A stretch of DNA of 64,000 nt. It comes from a virus. The notes below the pieces were generated by a model. That model saw only the letters and a list, made by a program, of their open reading frames with translations, was not told the DNA's origin and did not search any database. The DNA lies in IMG/VR virus record IMGVR_UViG_3300045988_131126; one strand, 5' to 3'. Shown piece after piece: positions 37,330 through 46,196 of the stretch. A program made the translations under genes and the position numbers. Numbering within the stretch: the stretch's first letter is position 1; every line of letters begins with the position of its first letter.

Positions 37330-37830
37330 TTAATCACAATGTAAAACAATATTTCCGGTATCGATAGTTTTTCTTACATTAATAACTCTTTGGTTAGATG
37401 ATCCTCTCCATTTTAAAGATGTATCTCTAAACTTTTCTATATATGGACCATCTATAATTACATCTATTTTATTTAAAATTCCGATAGGCACAAACTTCTT
37501 AAGATCATTAAAAGTATATCCTGTATATAACCATACAGTTTTATTAGGATAAACAGATTTAATGTATTCTATAAGTTCGTACACTTCTTCTCTATTACTT
37601 TCAAATAACGGATCACCGCCAGAGAAAGTAATACCAGAAATATAATCTTGAGATACGATATCTAATAATTCTTTTCTAGCATTTTCATCAAATAAAATAC
37701 CATCATCAGGATCCCATGTTACAGGATTTTGACAGTTAGGACAATGATGAGAGCATCCAGCTACCCATAACACAACTCTTAATCCATCTCCGTTTTTCAT
37801 GTCATCCTTTGTAATATTATGATAATTCAT
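37330..37830 (-). CDS. nrdG: anaerobic ribonucleoside-triphosphate reductase activating protein (radical SAM)
   Basis: GDGLRVVLWVAGCSHHCPNCQNPVTWD is a CxxxCxxC cluster in the typical NrdG context. 166 aa, the typical length. Confidence 0.8.
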   Translation of the reverse strand: MNYHNITKDDMKNGDGLRVVLWVAGCSHHCPNCQNPVTWDPDDGILFDENARKELLDIVSQDYISGITFSGGDPLFESNREEVYELIEYIKSVYPNKTVWLYTGYTFNDLKKFVPIGILNKIDVIIDGPYIEKFRDTSLKWRGSSNQRVINVRKTIDTGNIVLHCD

Positions 37831-37846
37831 AGCTATGGTTCTCCTT

Positions 37847-38713
37847 TTATCTTAATTTAATACATAGCCCCTGTACAGATGTAACTATTCCTACATGTAC
37901 TGTCATTTTTCCTGTTTCTGATACATATGTATCTCCAGCATTATATGCAGTAGCTTTCCCGTCCAAGGTTTTAATTCTTGATTTATCATCTGTATAAATA
38001 TCAGAATCTAAAGCATCGTTATATTGGTTTAATACACATTTCATATCATCAGGCATAGCTTCTACTAAGTCTTCTGGTAATGTATTTTGTATATTAACTA
38101 CGTTATCATTAATAAGATCCATAGATTGTAATGTAAGTTCGCATCTGTAAAAGTCTTTATCACATTCAAATCTATTAAGTTTATTTTTCTTAATATTGGT
38201 TATCACAAGAGATAATGTTTTATTTATGGTTCCACCAAGAGTAATATTCTTAGTATCTCCTACTAACCATTTCTTTTCAGCGCATCCATTTTCTATAGTA
38301 GTGATAATGGCTTCCCAAGTATTATTCTTAAATACAGGATCTACATCTATAGTCTGTATCTTAATAATATCCACTTTATCCCATGAATGTTTTCCTAAAT
38401 CAGAGCACGGAATAATAGCGTAATAATATGTAGTATTAGGTTCTACAGAGTCATCTACAAAGTATTTATCTTTGTATTCATTACGATCATATATCTCTGT
38501 AATGATCTCCCCATCCCAAGTATCTTTAGGAGGTTCATCTTTCTTTCTAATAATTCTTGTAAATTCCCATTTAGAGAAATAAATTTTATCAAGTATCGGA
38601 TCAACCGGATCGGTCCATTTTAAAGAAACAGAATTTGCAGTAACATCTATGTCGATATTCGTAGCAGGACCAATCGGATATTGTTTTGTATATCGTTTAA
38701 TAGAATCATCCAT
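37847..38713 (-). CDS. FN3-like family paralog lacking the C-terminal VR-type domain
   Basis: ATG 38713 follows AAAAGGAGA. VSLKWTDPVDP, YYYAIIP, NNTWEAIITTIENGCAEKKWLVGDTKNITLGG parallel the DGR-target family. The C-terminus is unrelated. Confidence 0.65.
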   Translation of the reverse strand: MDDSIKRYTKQYPIGPATNIDIDVTANSVSLKWTDPVDPILDKIYFSKWEFTRIIRKKDEPPKDTWDGEIITEIYDRNEYKDKYFVDDSVEPNTTYYYAIIPCSDLGKHSWDKVDIIKIQTIDVDPVFKNNTWEAIITTIENGCAEKKWLVGDTKNITLGGTINKTLSLVITNIKKNKLNRFECDKDFYRCELTLQSMDLINDNVVNIQNTLPEDLVEAMPDDMKCVLNQYNDALDSDIYTDDKSRIKTLDGKATAYNAGDTYVSETGKMTVHVGIVTSVQGLCIKLR

Positions 38714-38802
38714 TTTGAAAATCTCCTTTTCGATTATAAGTATTATATTAAAGTTCAAAATATAATAAAAATAGAGGAAGAGCCAAAACTCTTCCTCTAG
38801 AA

Positions 38803-39087
38803 TTATCCAAAAATACTCTCTATAATTCCAACAACAACGCCAATCAATACAATGACAAATATTGCCATCCATACAATAAATGATACACCTATCGCTATTT
38901 TCATTGAATATATACATATGACATATAGAACACCGTTTAAGCATTTATCTGCATAATTCATCATATATGGTATAGTATATTTATATAGGTATGGAATAAG
39001 CAATCCAAATACTGGTATTGATAATGGAACGAATAAAATACATAATAATCCTAATACAGAATTATTGCTCAGAAGCTTCTTCATCAT
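38803..39087 (-). CDS. small multi-pass membrane protein
   Basis: 94 aa with three hydrophobic segments. Confidence 0.5.
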   Translation of the reverse strand: MMKKLLSNNSVLGLLCILFVPLSIPVFGLLIPYLYKYTIPYMMNYADKCLNGVLYVICIYSMKIAIGVSFIVWMAIFVIVLIGVVVGIIESIFG

Positions 39088-39202
39088 GGTATTCTCCTTT
39101 TTCTTCCTGCTCTTTGTTATCTGGTAATAACTCTGTAATGATAAATCCTACACCTACAAGTGTTAATAATGTTGCAACTCCTAAAATAATATCTTTCTTC
39201 AT
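39062..39202 (-). CDS. small single-pass membrane protein with acidic tail
   Basis: ATG 39202 follows AAGGAGGC. MKKDIILGVATLLTLVGVGFIITELL, then EQEEKGEYHDEEASEQ. Confidence 0.5.
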   Translation of the reverse strand: MKKDIILGVATLLTLVGVGFIITELLPDNKEQEEKGEYHDEEASEQ

Positions 39203-39203
39203 T

Positions 39204-40022
39204 TTAATAAGCCTCCTTAATAATTTCTTTAAGTAAATTTGCTGGATATGATGAAATCTTTGCACATGTTGATGCATCTACACTGTTTCTATCACGAATT
39301 AATTCTGCTGTATCGTCTTTGAATTTTAATAAGATAGATTCGATAGCTTTTAATGTCTCACTCTTATTCATTTTATTCATCATAACGTGCTTCACGTATG
39401 TTGTTACTACTGAAAGATTTCTGCCTCCGTCTATTGACCATACAGCAATATTTTTTAACTGTTTACAAATTTCAGAATATTTTTCTTTTGAAAAATCTTC
39501 TCTGTCTTTATCTATTCTTCTTAATATTTCTTTTACTGCATCGTAAGATACAGATTTTTTATCTATAGAAACTCTATTTATATATCGTTTTATTCTTATT
39601 CCTTCATCTACTGCAATATTTATAGCAATTATATTAAAATGCTCTACAAGTAATTTATTATTATCAAATTGCAATAAACCGTCTAATGTAGTGATTCCGA
39701 TATATGTATTTTCACAACGTTTTTCTACACCTAATAACTCTGGCGGTACAAGGTTAGTATAGAATACTGTTGTTAATTCTCCTTTATTATTATACATTTC
39801 ATAGGATCTCGGATCTATTTTTTCATATGACGGTATAGCACTATACTGATCAAATGTATTAAAGACAATATCAGGATCCCCGGTTTCATCTTCTCTAGAC
39901 TCTCTGGTTGTGCATAATCGAAGTTTCTTAATTGATGGGATCGAGTGTACAATTTGGTTTAAAATACTGTCCTTCCCTGAACAGGAAGGACCGATTAATA
40001 ATATTAATGTGTTCTTTTGCAT
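39204..40022 (-). CDS. P-loop nucleotide/nucleoside kinase-like protein
   Basis: LLIGPSCSGKDS Walker A near the N-terminus, as in guanylate-kinase-like proteins. AAGGAGG RBS. Confidence 0.5.
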   Translation of the reverse strand: MQKNTLILLIGPSCSGKDSILNQIVHSIPSIKKLRLCTTRESREDETGDPDIVFNTFDQYSAIPSYEKIDPRSYEMYNNKGELTTVFYTNLVPPELLGVEKRCENTYIGITTLDGLLQFDNNKLLVEHFNIIAINIAVDEGIRIKRYINRVSIDKKSVSYDAVKEILRRIDKDREDFSKEKYSEICKQLKNIAVWSIDGGRNLSVVTTYVKHVMMNKMNKSETLKAIESILLKFKDDTAELIRDRNSVDASTCAKISSYPANLLKEIIKEAY

Positions 40023-40087
40023 ATTAATTTCCTCCTTATTTTTCTATTAATGTAAAGTTTTGACAATTATAAAAATAAAACAAAGAC

Positions 40088-40116
40088 ACCCATGTATGTC
40101 AGGATCATACATGGGT
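40088..40116 (-). terminator. terminator closing the DGR operon
   Basis: ACCCATGTATG-loop-CATACATGGGT, followed on the minus strand by GTCTTTGTTTTATTTTT. Confidence 0.6.
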
Positions 40117-40122
40117 AAAAAA

Positions 40123-40389
40123 TCATCTATTGGAATTGGTTAAACCTAAAGGACCAGATTGAAACGGTGTTCTTATATTAACTACAGGATCTGTTCCGTC
40201 TATACGTACAGATAAATTATTATTTTCGTCTATTTCCATAATAAGAAGATATACCTCCCCTGTACATTGATCTTTAAATTTTTTCTTATTTTCTCCGGGC
40301 CACAATTTATAAGCTATCCCTAATTCACAAGCCTCTCTTATACTATACCATGTGTTTTTATCAAATTCTTTGTGAAATACATTTTCCAT
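40123..40389 (-). CDS. small protein resembling the central segment of the DGR-target family
   Basis: KNTWYSIREACELGIAYKLWPGENKK compares with NNTWEQIKAASEGDAIPSTWKVGDEIN. It is the last gene before the terminator. Confidence 0.5.
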   Translation of the reverse strand: MENVFHKEFDKNTWYSIREACELGIAYKLWPGENKKKFKDQCTGEVYLLIMEIDENNNLSVRIDGTDPVVNIRTPFQSGPLGLTNSNR

Positions 40390-40431
40390 ATTATTTTCTC
40401 CTTTTATCTATAATATTTTTAATATAAGGTT

Positions 40432-41646
40432 TTAGGGCAAATAAAAACATATACTGTGTGGGGACAGTATATGTGTGAAATTATAGTATGGTGTGTTAGT
40501 GTTATAATAATCATATCCATTTATAAATGGATCAATAAATAATTCGTTAAATAGTTTATCAAGGCTCATAATAGAAGTATAACACATACCTCTACGCTTT
40601 ATAGAACCTTTCCAAGACTTATATGCATTTAGAATTTGATCGAAAGTCATTTTACCAATATCCATTAAATGTCTAAACTTTTTAAGTCTTCTTCTTTCTC
40701 TTGTAATAGTTTTATTCACAACCCTTTTAACAACTTTACCAGTTTCGGTAAGTCTAAATCGAGTTTTTAAGAATGTAAATTGTTTAGATATTTTCTGTAA
40801 TCTACATTTCTTTTCACTGAAAGATAATCCAAGTTTAGTGGCAATTTGTTTTACACCTTGTATTACTTTCATTAAGTATTTCTTAGAATGATGTATAATA
40901 ATACCATCATCCATATATCTATCATATCCATGCACTCTCATTTGATCTTTTACATAATGATCTATTGGATTTGGATAATATACAGCGCTTATTTGTGATA
41001 TTTCACTTCCTAATCCTAAACCAATTTTACCAAATGCATAAATAAAAGTTTCTACATACTTCATTACATGATCAAATATAAGCTTACTCCTTTCAGCTTC
41101 TACTAGAGCATGTAATGGAATACTTCCAAAATAATCATGAAAATCAAACGTATAAATCCATCCTTTAAGACCATATTTCTTATAATGATCTTGTAAATGC
41201 TTAACTACACGTTTAATTTGATGATGCGGACCTCTACCTTTTAAAGTAGCTCCATTATCATAAATTAAGTAAGGTCTCAATACAGGAGTGATGCAATTTT
41301 TCACAAAAGATTTTTGCACTACACGTTCTTCTATAGTAATACTCTTTATATGTCTTAATTTACCTCTCTCCTTAATATCAAAACAATGGAATCCTCTTGG
41401 AGTAAATGATCCAGTATAACATTCTACGATTAAGTCTGGAAGATTAGTCGAAATAAATATACCGTAGCGTTGTACTATGGCTTTCCAATCAGTTCCTGCT
41501 TTACAAAATTTATACGATTCATATAATGCAGATTCAGAGAATACATCATTAAGATTGGAATGCTTTCTAGCAAGTTCCATTCTCTTTGCCAATCTCTTAG
41601 CTTTTCTTCTCTGATATCTAGCTTCGTGTCTTTCTTTGCTATTCAT
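40432..41646 (-). CDS. DGR reverse transcriptase
   Basis: FDFHDYFGSI (motif A), GLGLGSEISQISAVYY (motif B with the DGR-typical SQ), YMDDGIIIH (YxDD), FTFLKTRF. Confidence 0.9.
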   Translation of the reverse strand: MNSKERHEARYQRRKAKRLAKRMELARKHSNLNDVFSESALYESYKFCKAGTDWKAIVQRYGIFISTNLPDLIVECYTGSFTPRGFHCFDIKERGKLRHIKSITIEERVVQKSFVKNCITPVLRPYLIYDNGATLKGRGPHHQIKRVVKHLQDHYKKYGLKGWIYTFDFHDYFGSIPLHALVEAERSKLIFDHVMKYVETFIYAFGKIGLGLGSEISQISAVYYPNPIDHYVKDQMRVHGYDRYMDDGIIIHHSKKYLMKVIQGVKQIATKLGLSFSEKKCRLQKISKQFTFLKTRFRLTETGKVVKRVVNKTITRERRRLKKFRHLMDIGKMTFDQILNAYKSWKGSIKRRGMCYTSIMSLDKLFNELFIDPFINGYDYYNTNTPYYNFTHILSPHSICFYLP

Positions 41647-41911
41647 AATTTATTTTTAACTAGAAAATTTAGGTGCTGTGAACAGAGAGATCTACCATGA
41701 AATACATAAAGTACCATGCAAGAAGCGTCCGGTAGCTCCCATCAGCTAATTTAGAAGTTCTAGTTATATTGACCTCCTAAACACATCTATTTATTTAATA
41801 CTCTAAACGAATATTAAAATGGGTAAATAATCTCCTTCTGCAAGGAAATTTTGTTAATCTAAAGATTTCGCACTATAGATAGTGTTACTGTGTCGCTCAT
41901 AACAACTCTTA

Positions 41912-42019
41912 CAGAATCAGAAGCACACGCCATTGCTGTTGCTGGCATTGTTGTTGTTGTTGCTACCGTCCGAGTTGACATTACAGAAGTTGTTGGTGTT
42001 GTTGTAATTAGGCGAACGA
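41912..42019 (-). repeat. DGR template repeat (TR)
   Basis: Non-coding, AAC/AAT-rich on the minus strand. Aligns without gaps to 42705-42812 with 17 mismatches, 16 of them at TR adenines. Confidence 0.9.
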
Positions 42020-42061
42020 AAAAGGTTTACAGATTATTCCCCTTGTAAAACATAATATTTA

Positions 42062-42562
42062 TTAAGCTACAAATTTAACGATTTTACTATTTTGAACTTG
42101 TGTTTGTGTATTACAAATAGCTCGAGTATCTTTAAATCTCTTTTCATCACTACGAATAATCTTTTCTAAAGTATTAATTTCTTTATTTAACAAACTTAAC
42201 CATGTGTTTAAATCGGAATCTCTGACAGAAACTAATGGTGAATTTTCACCATTATCAACTTCATGCTTTATATAAAGCAATGCTGATATATCTGCAGAGA
42301 TTGAACAAGCTACTCCTTTAGCTTGTAAAAGGAATTGTCTCCTCATTGCAAAATCTTCTTTATATTTAATAGGAAATATAGAATTTCCCTGTATACATAA
42401 ATTATTTAAACATCTAGCTTTCTCCAATAATGGATGAGCTATCATGTAAGTATATCTTTTAGGCATTGATAGACATATACGAAGCGCCAACTTATACAGT
42501 TTAAAAGCATCGTATACGAATTGTGCACTAGATAGGTTTCTTTCACCTGCTGGCACACTCAT
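42062..42562 (-). CDS. avd: DGR accessory variability determinant (Avd-like helical protein)
   Basis: 166-aa basic helical ORF between the target gene and the TR, the position Avd occupies in BPP-1-type DGRs. Confidence 0.7.
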   Translation of the reverse strand: MSVPAGERNLSSAQFVYDAFKLYKLALRICLSMPKRYTYMIAHPLLEKARCLNNLCIQGNSIFPIKYKEDFAMRRQFLLQAKGVACSISADISALLYIKHEVDNGENSPLVSVRDSDLNTWLSLLNKEINTLEKIIRSDEKRFKDTRAICNTQTQVQNSKIVKFVA

Positions 42563-42637
42563 ATCAAATCTCTCCTTTCTTTTGTATACTTTAATAAAAA
42601 GTTAGGGTTATCAAACCTTACAAGAAAAAATAAAAGG

Positions 42638-42665
42638 GTTGGTGGATCTGTACAGATCCACCAAC
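42638..42665. promoter_or_regulatory. GC-rich hairpin/cruciform 3' of the VR (putative DGR target-recognition element)
   Basis: GTTGGTGGATC-TGTACA-GATCCACCAAC, a perfect 28-bp palindrome 33 nt after the target stop codon. Confidence 0.6.
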
Positions 42666-42697
42666 GATGGATTTGCTCGACAAGCTCGCAAATCTGA

Positions 42698-43771
42698 TTA
42701 TACGCAGAAGCAGAAGCACACGCCACCGCTGAAGCTGGCATAGTTGTAGTTGTATCTACCGTCCGAGTAGACACTACAGAAGTCGTAGGTGCTGCCGTAA
42801 TAAGGCGAACGAGTCCACCACCAATAAGCATCTCCACTACCATTATTCAGTTTCTTTATTCTAGAATTATTATCTGTAAATATAGGAAACTTTTTCTGAT
42901 TAGACTCAGTATTAGACTGGTATGTAAAACCAACTTCTGTACAACCAGGCAAAAATACTTTATCTTTAGAAGGTCTACCAGCGTTGGACGATGAAGTACC
43001 ACCACCTAAATTGGCATATGTGTTTACTTCTTTAATATAAGACTGTAAATTGGAAGGCATACTTTTGAAAATATTCTGCATAACAGTTTTCTTCATATCT
43101 GTATCATTCCAACCGCCAGAGTTAGTATCAGAACTATTCATTTGTCGAGTATTCTTCATTAAATGCTTCATTCCAAATACTATACCAGCTTTACCAGATC
43201 CATCAGATTTATCAAAGTGTTTGAAATCCCAAATCTGTAAAGTAACAGTCTCATTAAAAGTTCCTGATAAGGTGATATTAATTTCATCTCCAACTTTCCA
43301 TGTGGATGGAATAGCATCACCTTCACTAGCAGCTTTTATTTGTTCCCATGTGTTATCTTTCAATGTGGGGGCAAAGGACAATGGTATGGCAGCAAAAATC
43401 AAGTTGCTAGAATCGTTGTATACTTTGGCAGTATTATATGGGAAGAATCTATAATAATACTTATGGTTATTCGTTAAGCCCGAATCTGTATACCAAGTAT
43501 TCTTATATTTATCCCTTGTAGTGTTGTCTAGTACTACATCGCCATCCTTAATAGATTCAGGATAGTGATCAGCATTACGTATTAATAAAGTTCCTTTCCA
43601 AGCAGATATAGTAGTCCCGTCAACTACTGTATCTTTTGGATCGGACCATTTGATTAATACTCTACCGTTATTTACGGTTGATGAGATAGAGGTTACATCG
43701 CCCGGGGGAAATCCCTTGGAAGAAGATCCAGAGATCGTGGCAGATGCTCCACCTCTTACAATAACACTCAC
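42698..43771 (-). CDS. DGR target protein (FN3-like N-terminus, variable C-terminal ligand-binding domain)
   Basis: 357 aa. GTG start 9 nt after AAAGGAGG. The VR occupies the last ~36 codons. Confidence 0.9.
   Translation of the reverse strand: MSVIVRGGASATISGSSSKGFPPGDVTSISSTVNNGRVLIKWSDPKDTVVDGTTISAWKGTLLIRNADHYPESIKDGDVVLDNTTRDKYKNTWYTDSGLTNNHKYYYRFFPYNTAKVYNDSSNLIFAAIPLSFAPTLKDNTWEQIKAASEGDAIPSTWKVGDEINITLSGTFNETVTLQIWDFKHFDKSDGSGKAGIVFGMKHLMKNTRQMNSSDTNSGGWNDTDMKKTVMQNIFKSMPSNLQSYIKEVNTYANLGGGTSSSNAGRPSKDKVFLPGCTEVGFTYQSNTESNQKKFPIFTDNNSRIKKLNNGSGDAYWWWTRSPYYGSTYDFCSVYSDGRYNYNYASFSGGVCFCFCV
42705..42812 (-). repeat. DGR variable repeat (VR) with IMH-like 3' end
   Basis: Encodes RSPYYGSTYDFCSVYSDGRYNYNYASFSGGVCFCF. 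The A-free GGCGTGTGCTTCTG is identical to the TR. Confidence 0.9.
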
Positions 43772-44072
43772 TATATAAAACCTCCTTTATTTTTATTAAT
43801 TACATATCTCAAACCTATTTACCAAAATTTTCCAATTAATTACCAAATATTTTTCCAAAAAAATGGAAAAATTTACTAATTAATTAAAATATTTATTTAC
43901 ATAAAGATAAAGGGGCTGAAGAACTATGTAATTTATTACATAGTTCTTCAGGTAATTTTATAAAAAATAAAAAAGATTTTTTAAAATTTTATATAGAAGA
44001 AGATGGATATACCATATGGTATATCCATCTTTATTTTTATATAGTTTACAATGAATACTTATGATATCTATA

Positions 44073-44594
44073 TTATTCTCGCTTATCTTCTATGGACATT
44101 GCTTTTACTTTCTTATCTATATCTTCATATGTCATACCTGTTAATTCTGAATACTTATCTTTTAATTTATTATAGTTATTCATATATTCATCTGCTTTTT
44201 CGGAATGATATTTGCTTGATTCATAAGCATTTACTATACCTTTGAATAAACATAATTCTTTATTATATAAGTATTTTGATGGAATATAAGCAAATGTCAT
44301 AAGTGTTGGAGATTCAATCTGTACATCTTTTCCTTCTATGAATATTTCTTCTCTGGGAATACCAGCTATATTAGATTGGTTATATGGAACTTTGGTATAT
44401 AAATTTAAAGAGAATAAAGGAACAAAATCTTTTTCTGTCTCTTCGTTATATTCCAATGTAATTAGACTTTCTGTACTCTGCATTAAATTGTCTGTAATAA
44501 GTTTAAAGTTCCATTTACAATTATTAATTATTGGTTTTCCATTAAAACAAATAGGTTCGTGTTTAAATATCATTCTATCTTTGTAATTATACAT
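44073..44594 (-). CDS. hypothetical protein
   Basis: 173-aa ORF with AAGGAGAAATAA RBS. Confidence 0.6.
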   Translation of the reverse strand: MYNYKDRMIFKHEPICFNGKPIINNCKWNFKLITDNLMQSTESLITLEYNEETEKDFVPLFSLNLYTKVPYNQSNIAGIPREEIFIEGKDVQIESPTLMTFAYIPSKYLYNKELCLFKGIVNAYESSKYHSEKADEYMNNYNKLKDKYSELTGMTYEDIDKKVKAMSIEDKRE

Positions 44595-44624
44595 TATATT
44601 ATTTCTCCTTATCTTTTTAGTATA

Positions 44625-44954
44625 TCAATTTTCAGAAAAGCCAAGTAAATCATATCCTAACTGACAGAAATAATTCTTTCCTATAACTGAAACAAATTCT
44701 TCTAAAGATGTAATATATGCAGTTGGTTCAGAATACTCTACTGGTACATAAAATCTTTTGGCACACTTCGCATTATCCCATAATATATCATCAATATATG
44801 AAACAGATAACTTTTTGGCTTTGTCTATAATTTTACATGATAATGTATTCATTCTGGTTAAAGATAACTTCTTATCATTTTTCGAAATGATTATATTCTC
44901 TCCGTAGTCTCTATCAGTTATGATAATAAAGTCGTCAGGTATACTATAATGCAT
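44625..44954 (-). CDS. hypothetical protein (paralog set D, short member)
   Basis: FIIITDRDYGENIIISKNDKKLSL motif shared with the two upstream genes. Confidence 0.55.
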   Translation of the reverse strand: MHYSIPDDFIIITDRDYGENIIISKNDKKLSLTRMNTLSCKIIDKAKKLSVSYIDDILWDNAKCAKRFYVPVEYSEPTAYITSLEEFVSVIGKNYFCQLGYDLLGFSEN

Positions 44955-44988
44955 TTGTACTTTGACTAATGGCTCCTTATGAGCTAAT

Positions 44989-45453
44989 TTACTTACTAAT
45001 TGTAAAATTTGATGGTTTTATCATTATCGTTATCGTGCTTACATTACAAGAACTTTCGGTCAATTTTATTGTTCCAAAGTCTAAGTAAGTTAAATTATCA
45101 TCTCCGATAGCGTCGGATAATGCAAGTGTATCTACTACGTAAACTGCGGCTTTTGAAAAATAAGTCGTATCGTCTTTAATATGAAATAATATTGTAATTT
45201 CATTACAAATGCTTGATGTAAGAGTATCACACGATATAGTCACTTGTCTCATATTATTTAAAATGATATTGGATTTTATATCAATTTTAGATAGTATAAC
45301 ATCAGATTTTTCGCCATGAATTTTTATTTTATCTCCATAATCTTTATCTATTATTACAAGTACGTATTCTCCCACAAGTTTAACAAATGATTTCGTTGGT
45401 AAGGTTTCTCTTTCTGTCAGATTGGCTGGTTTAAATAATTTGAAAGTTGTCAT
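44989..45453 (-). CDS. hypothetical protein (paralog set D)
   Basis: YVLVIIDKDYGDKIKIHGEKSDVILSKIDIKSNIILNN. Confidence 0.6.
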   Translation of the reverse strand: MTTFKLFKPANLTERETLPTKSFVKLVGEYVLVIIDKDYGDKIKIHGEKSDVILSKIDIKSNIILNNMRQVTISCDTLTSSICNEITILFHIKDDTTYFSKAAVYVVDTLALSDAIGDDNLTYLDFGTIKLTESSCNVSTITIMIKPSNFTISK

Positions 45454-46196
45454 GATTTATTTTCCTCCTCTTCATCTGAAGTTGACATAAGTTTTATATT
45501 AAATTTATTTAATAAATCAATAAACAGTGGAATGTGGTTGTGCCTAAAAGCTCTTAATAAGATACAGATATCTGCATTGCTTTCTGGTAACTCTTCTCCA
45601 ATGATGTATTTATTCATTAATCTACCTAAGAATACTCTTGCATCTTCAGTATTATCAAAAGTTAAAGCATTCTTTATTTGCTCTTTTTCTAATGGTAACT
45701 TTGCAAATGAGATTCCTGGTAATTTGCTAGGATCTTTATAGTTCTCATCAACTAAAATTACATATCTATCATTATCAAAAGTTATACAGTACTTTTGATC
45801 GTTATCTATAACCAAGTAATAGAATCCATTTATGAAAAACATACTATCATCAGCAGTAAGAATTTCGAATATATTCGATATTGAAGTACAATATACTGTA
45901 GCGTTTTTATATTCTTCTTTTGGAGTACAAATAATATCAAGTTCTCTTGGCGGATTCACATCAAGTGGTTTAAATTTAATATGTCTTTTATTATTTAAAA
46001 TAAAATTGTCGGCATCGTTTACTCTGCGAAAATCTACAGATGTCATATAACCTATCATTTTTAATGATATAGTATCGCCGTAATCATGATTTAATATTAA
46101 GAAGATATAATTTCCTTCATAGAAAAACCGTGATTTAATAATATCTTCCTTTTTGTAACCTAATTTGGATCTAACTGCGCTAAATTGAATTTTCAT
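45450..46196 (-). CDS. hypothetical protein (paralog set D, long member)
   Basis: YIFLILNHDYGDTISLKMIGYMTSVDFRRVNDADNFILNN. ATGA overlap with the next gene. Confidence 0.6.
   Translation of the reverse strand: MKIQFSAVRSKLGYKKEDIIKSRFFYEGNYIFLILNHDYGDTISLKMIGYMTSVDFRRVNDADNFILNNKRHIKFKPLDVNPPRELDIICTPKEEYKNATVYCTSISNIFEILTADDSMFFINGFYYLVIDNDQKYCITFDNDRYVILVDENYKDPSKLPGISFAKLPLEKEQIKNALTFDNTEDARVFLGRLMNKYIIGEELPESNADICILLRAFRHNHIPLFIDLLNKFNIKLMSTSDEEEENKS

Larger units (their letters stand above)
40123..43771 (-). mobile_element. diversity-generating retroelement cassette (target-avd-TR-RT-small ORF)
   Basis: Gene order, a 108-nt TR/VR pair with adenine-specific mismatches, RT motifs, an Avd-like ORF and a GC hairpin 3' of the VR. 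Confidence 0.9.

Noticed and set aside
38714-38944. 77-aa Cys/Trp-rich N-terminal extension of ORF 37847..38944.
   Set aside because: The internal ATG 38713 has a strong AAAAGGAGA RBS and yields an N-terminus colinear with the paralog family. The extension overlaps the upstream membrane-protein gene region.
42559-42843. 94-aa ORF (MVVEMLIGGGLVRL...), with look-alikes at 28322..28528 and 46244..46456 that seem conserved.
   Set aside because: They are alternative-frame readings across the GC-rich VR or VR-like tails and the following intergenic DNA. Their conservation is a by-product of nucleotide conservation of the real genes. No RBS.
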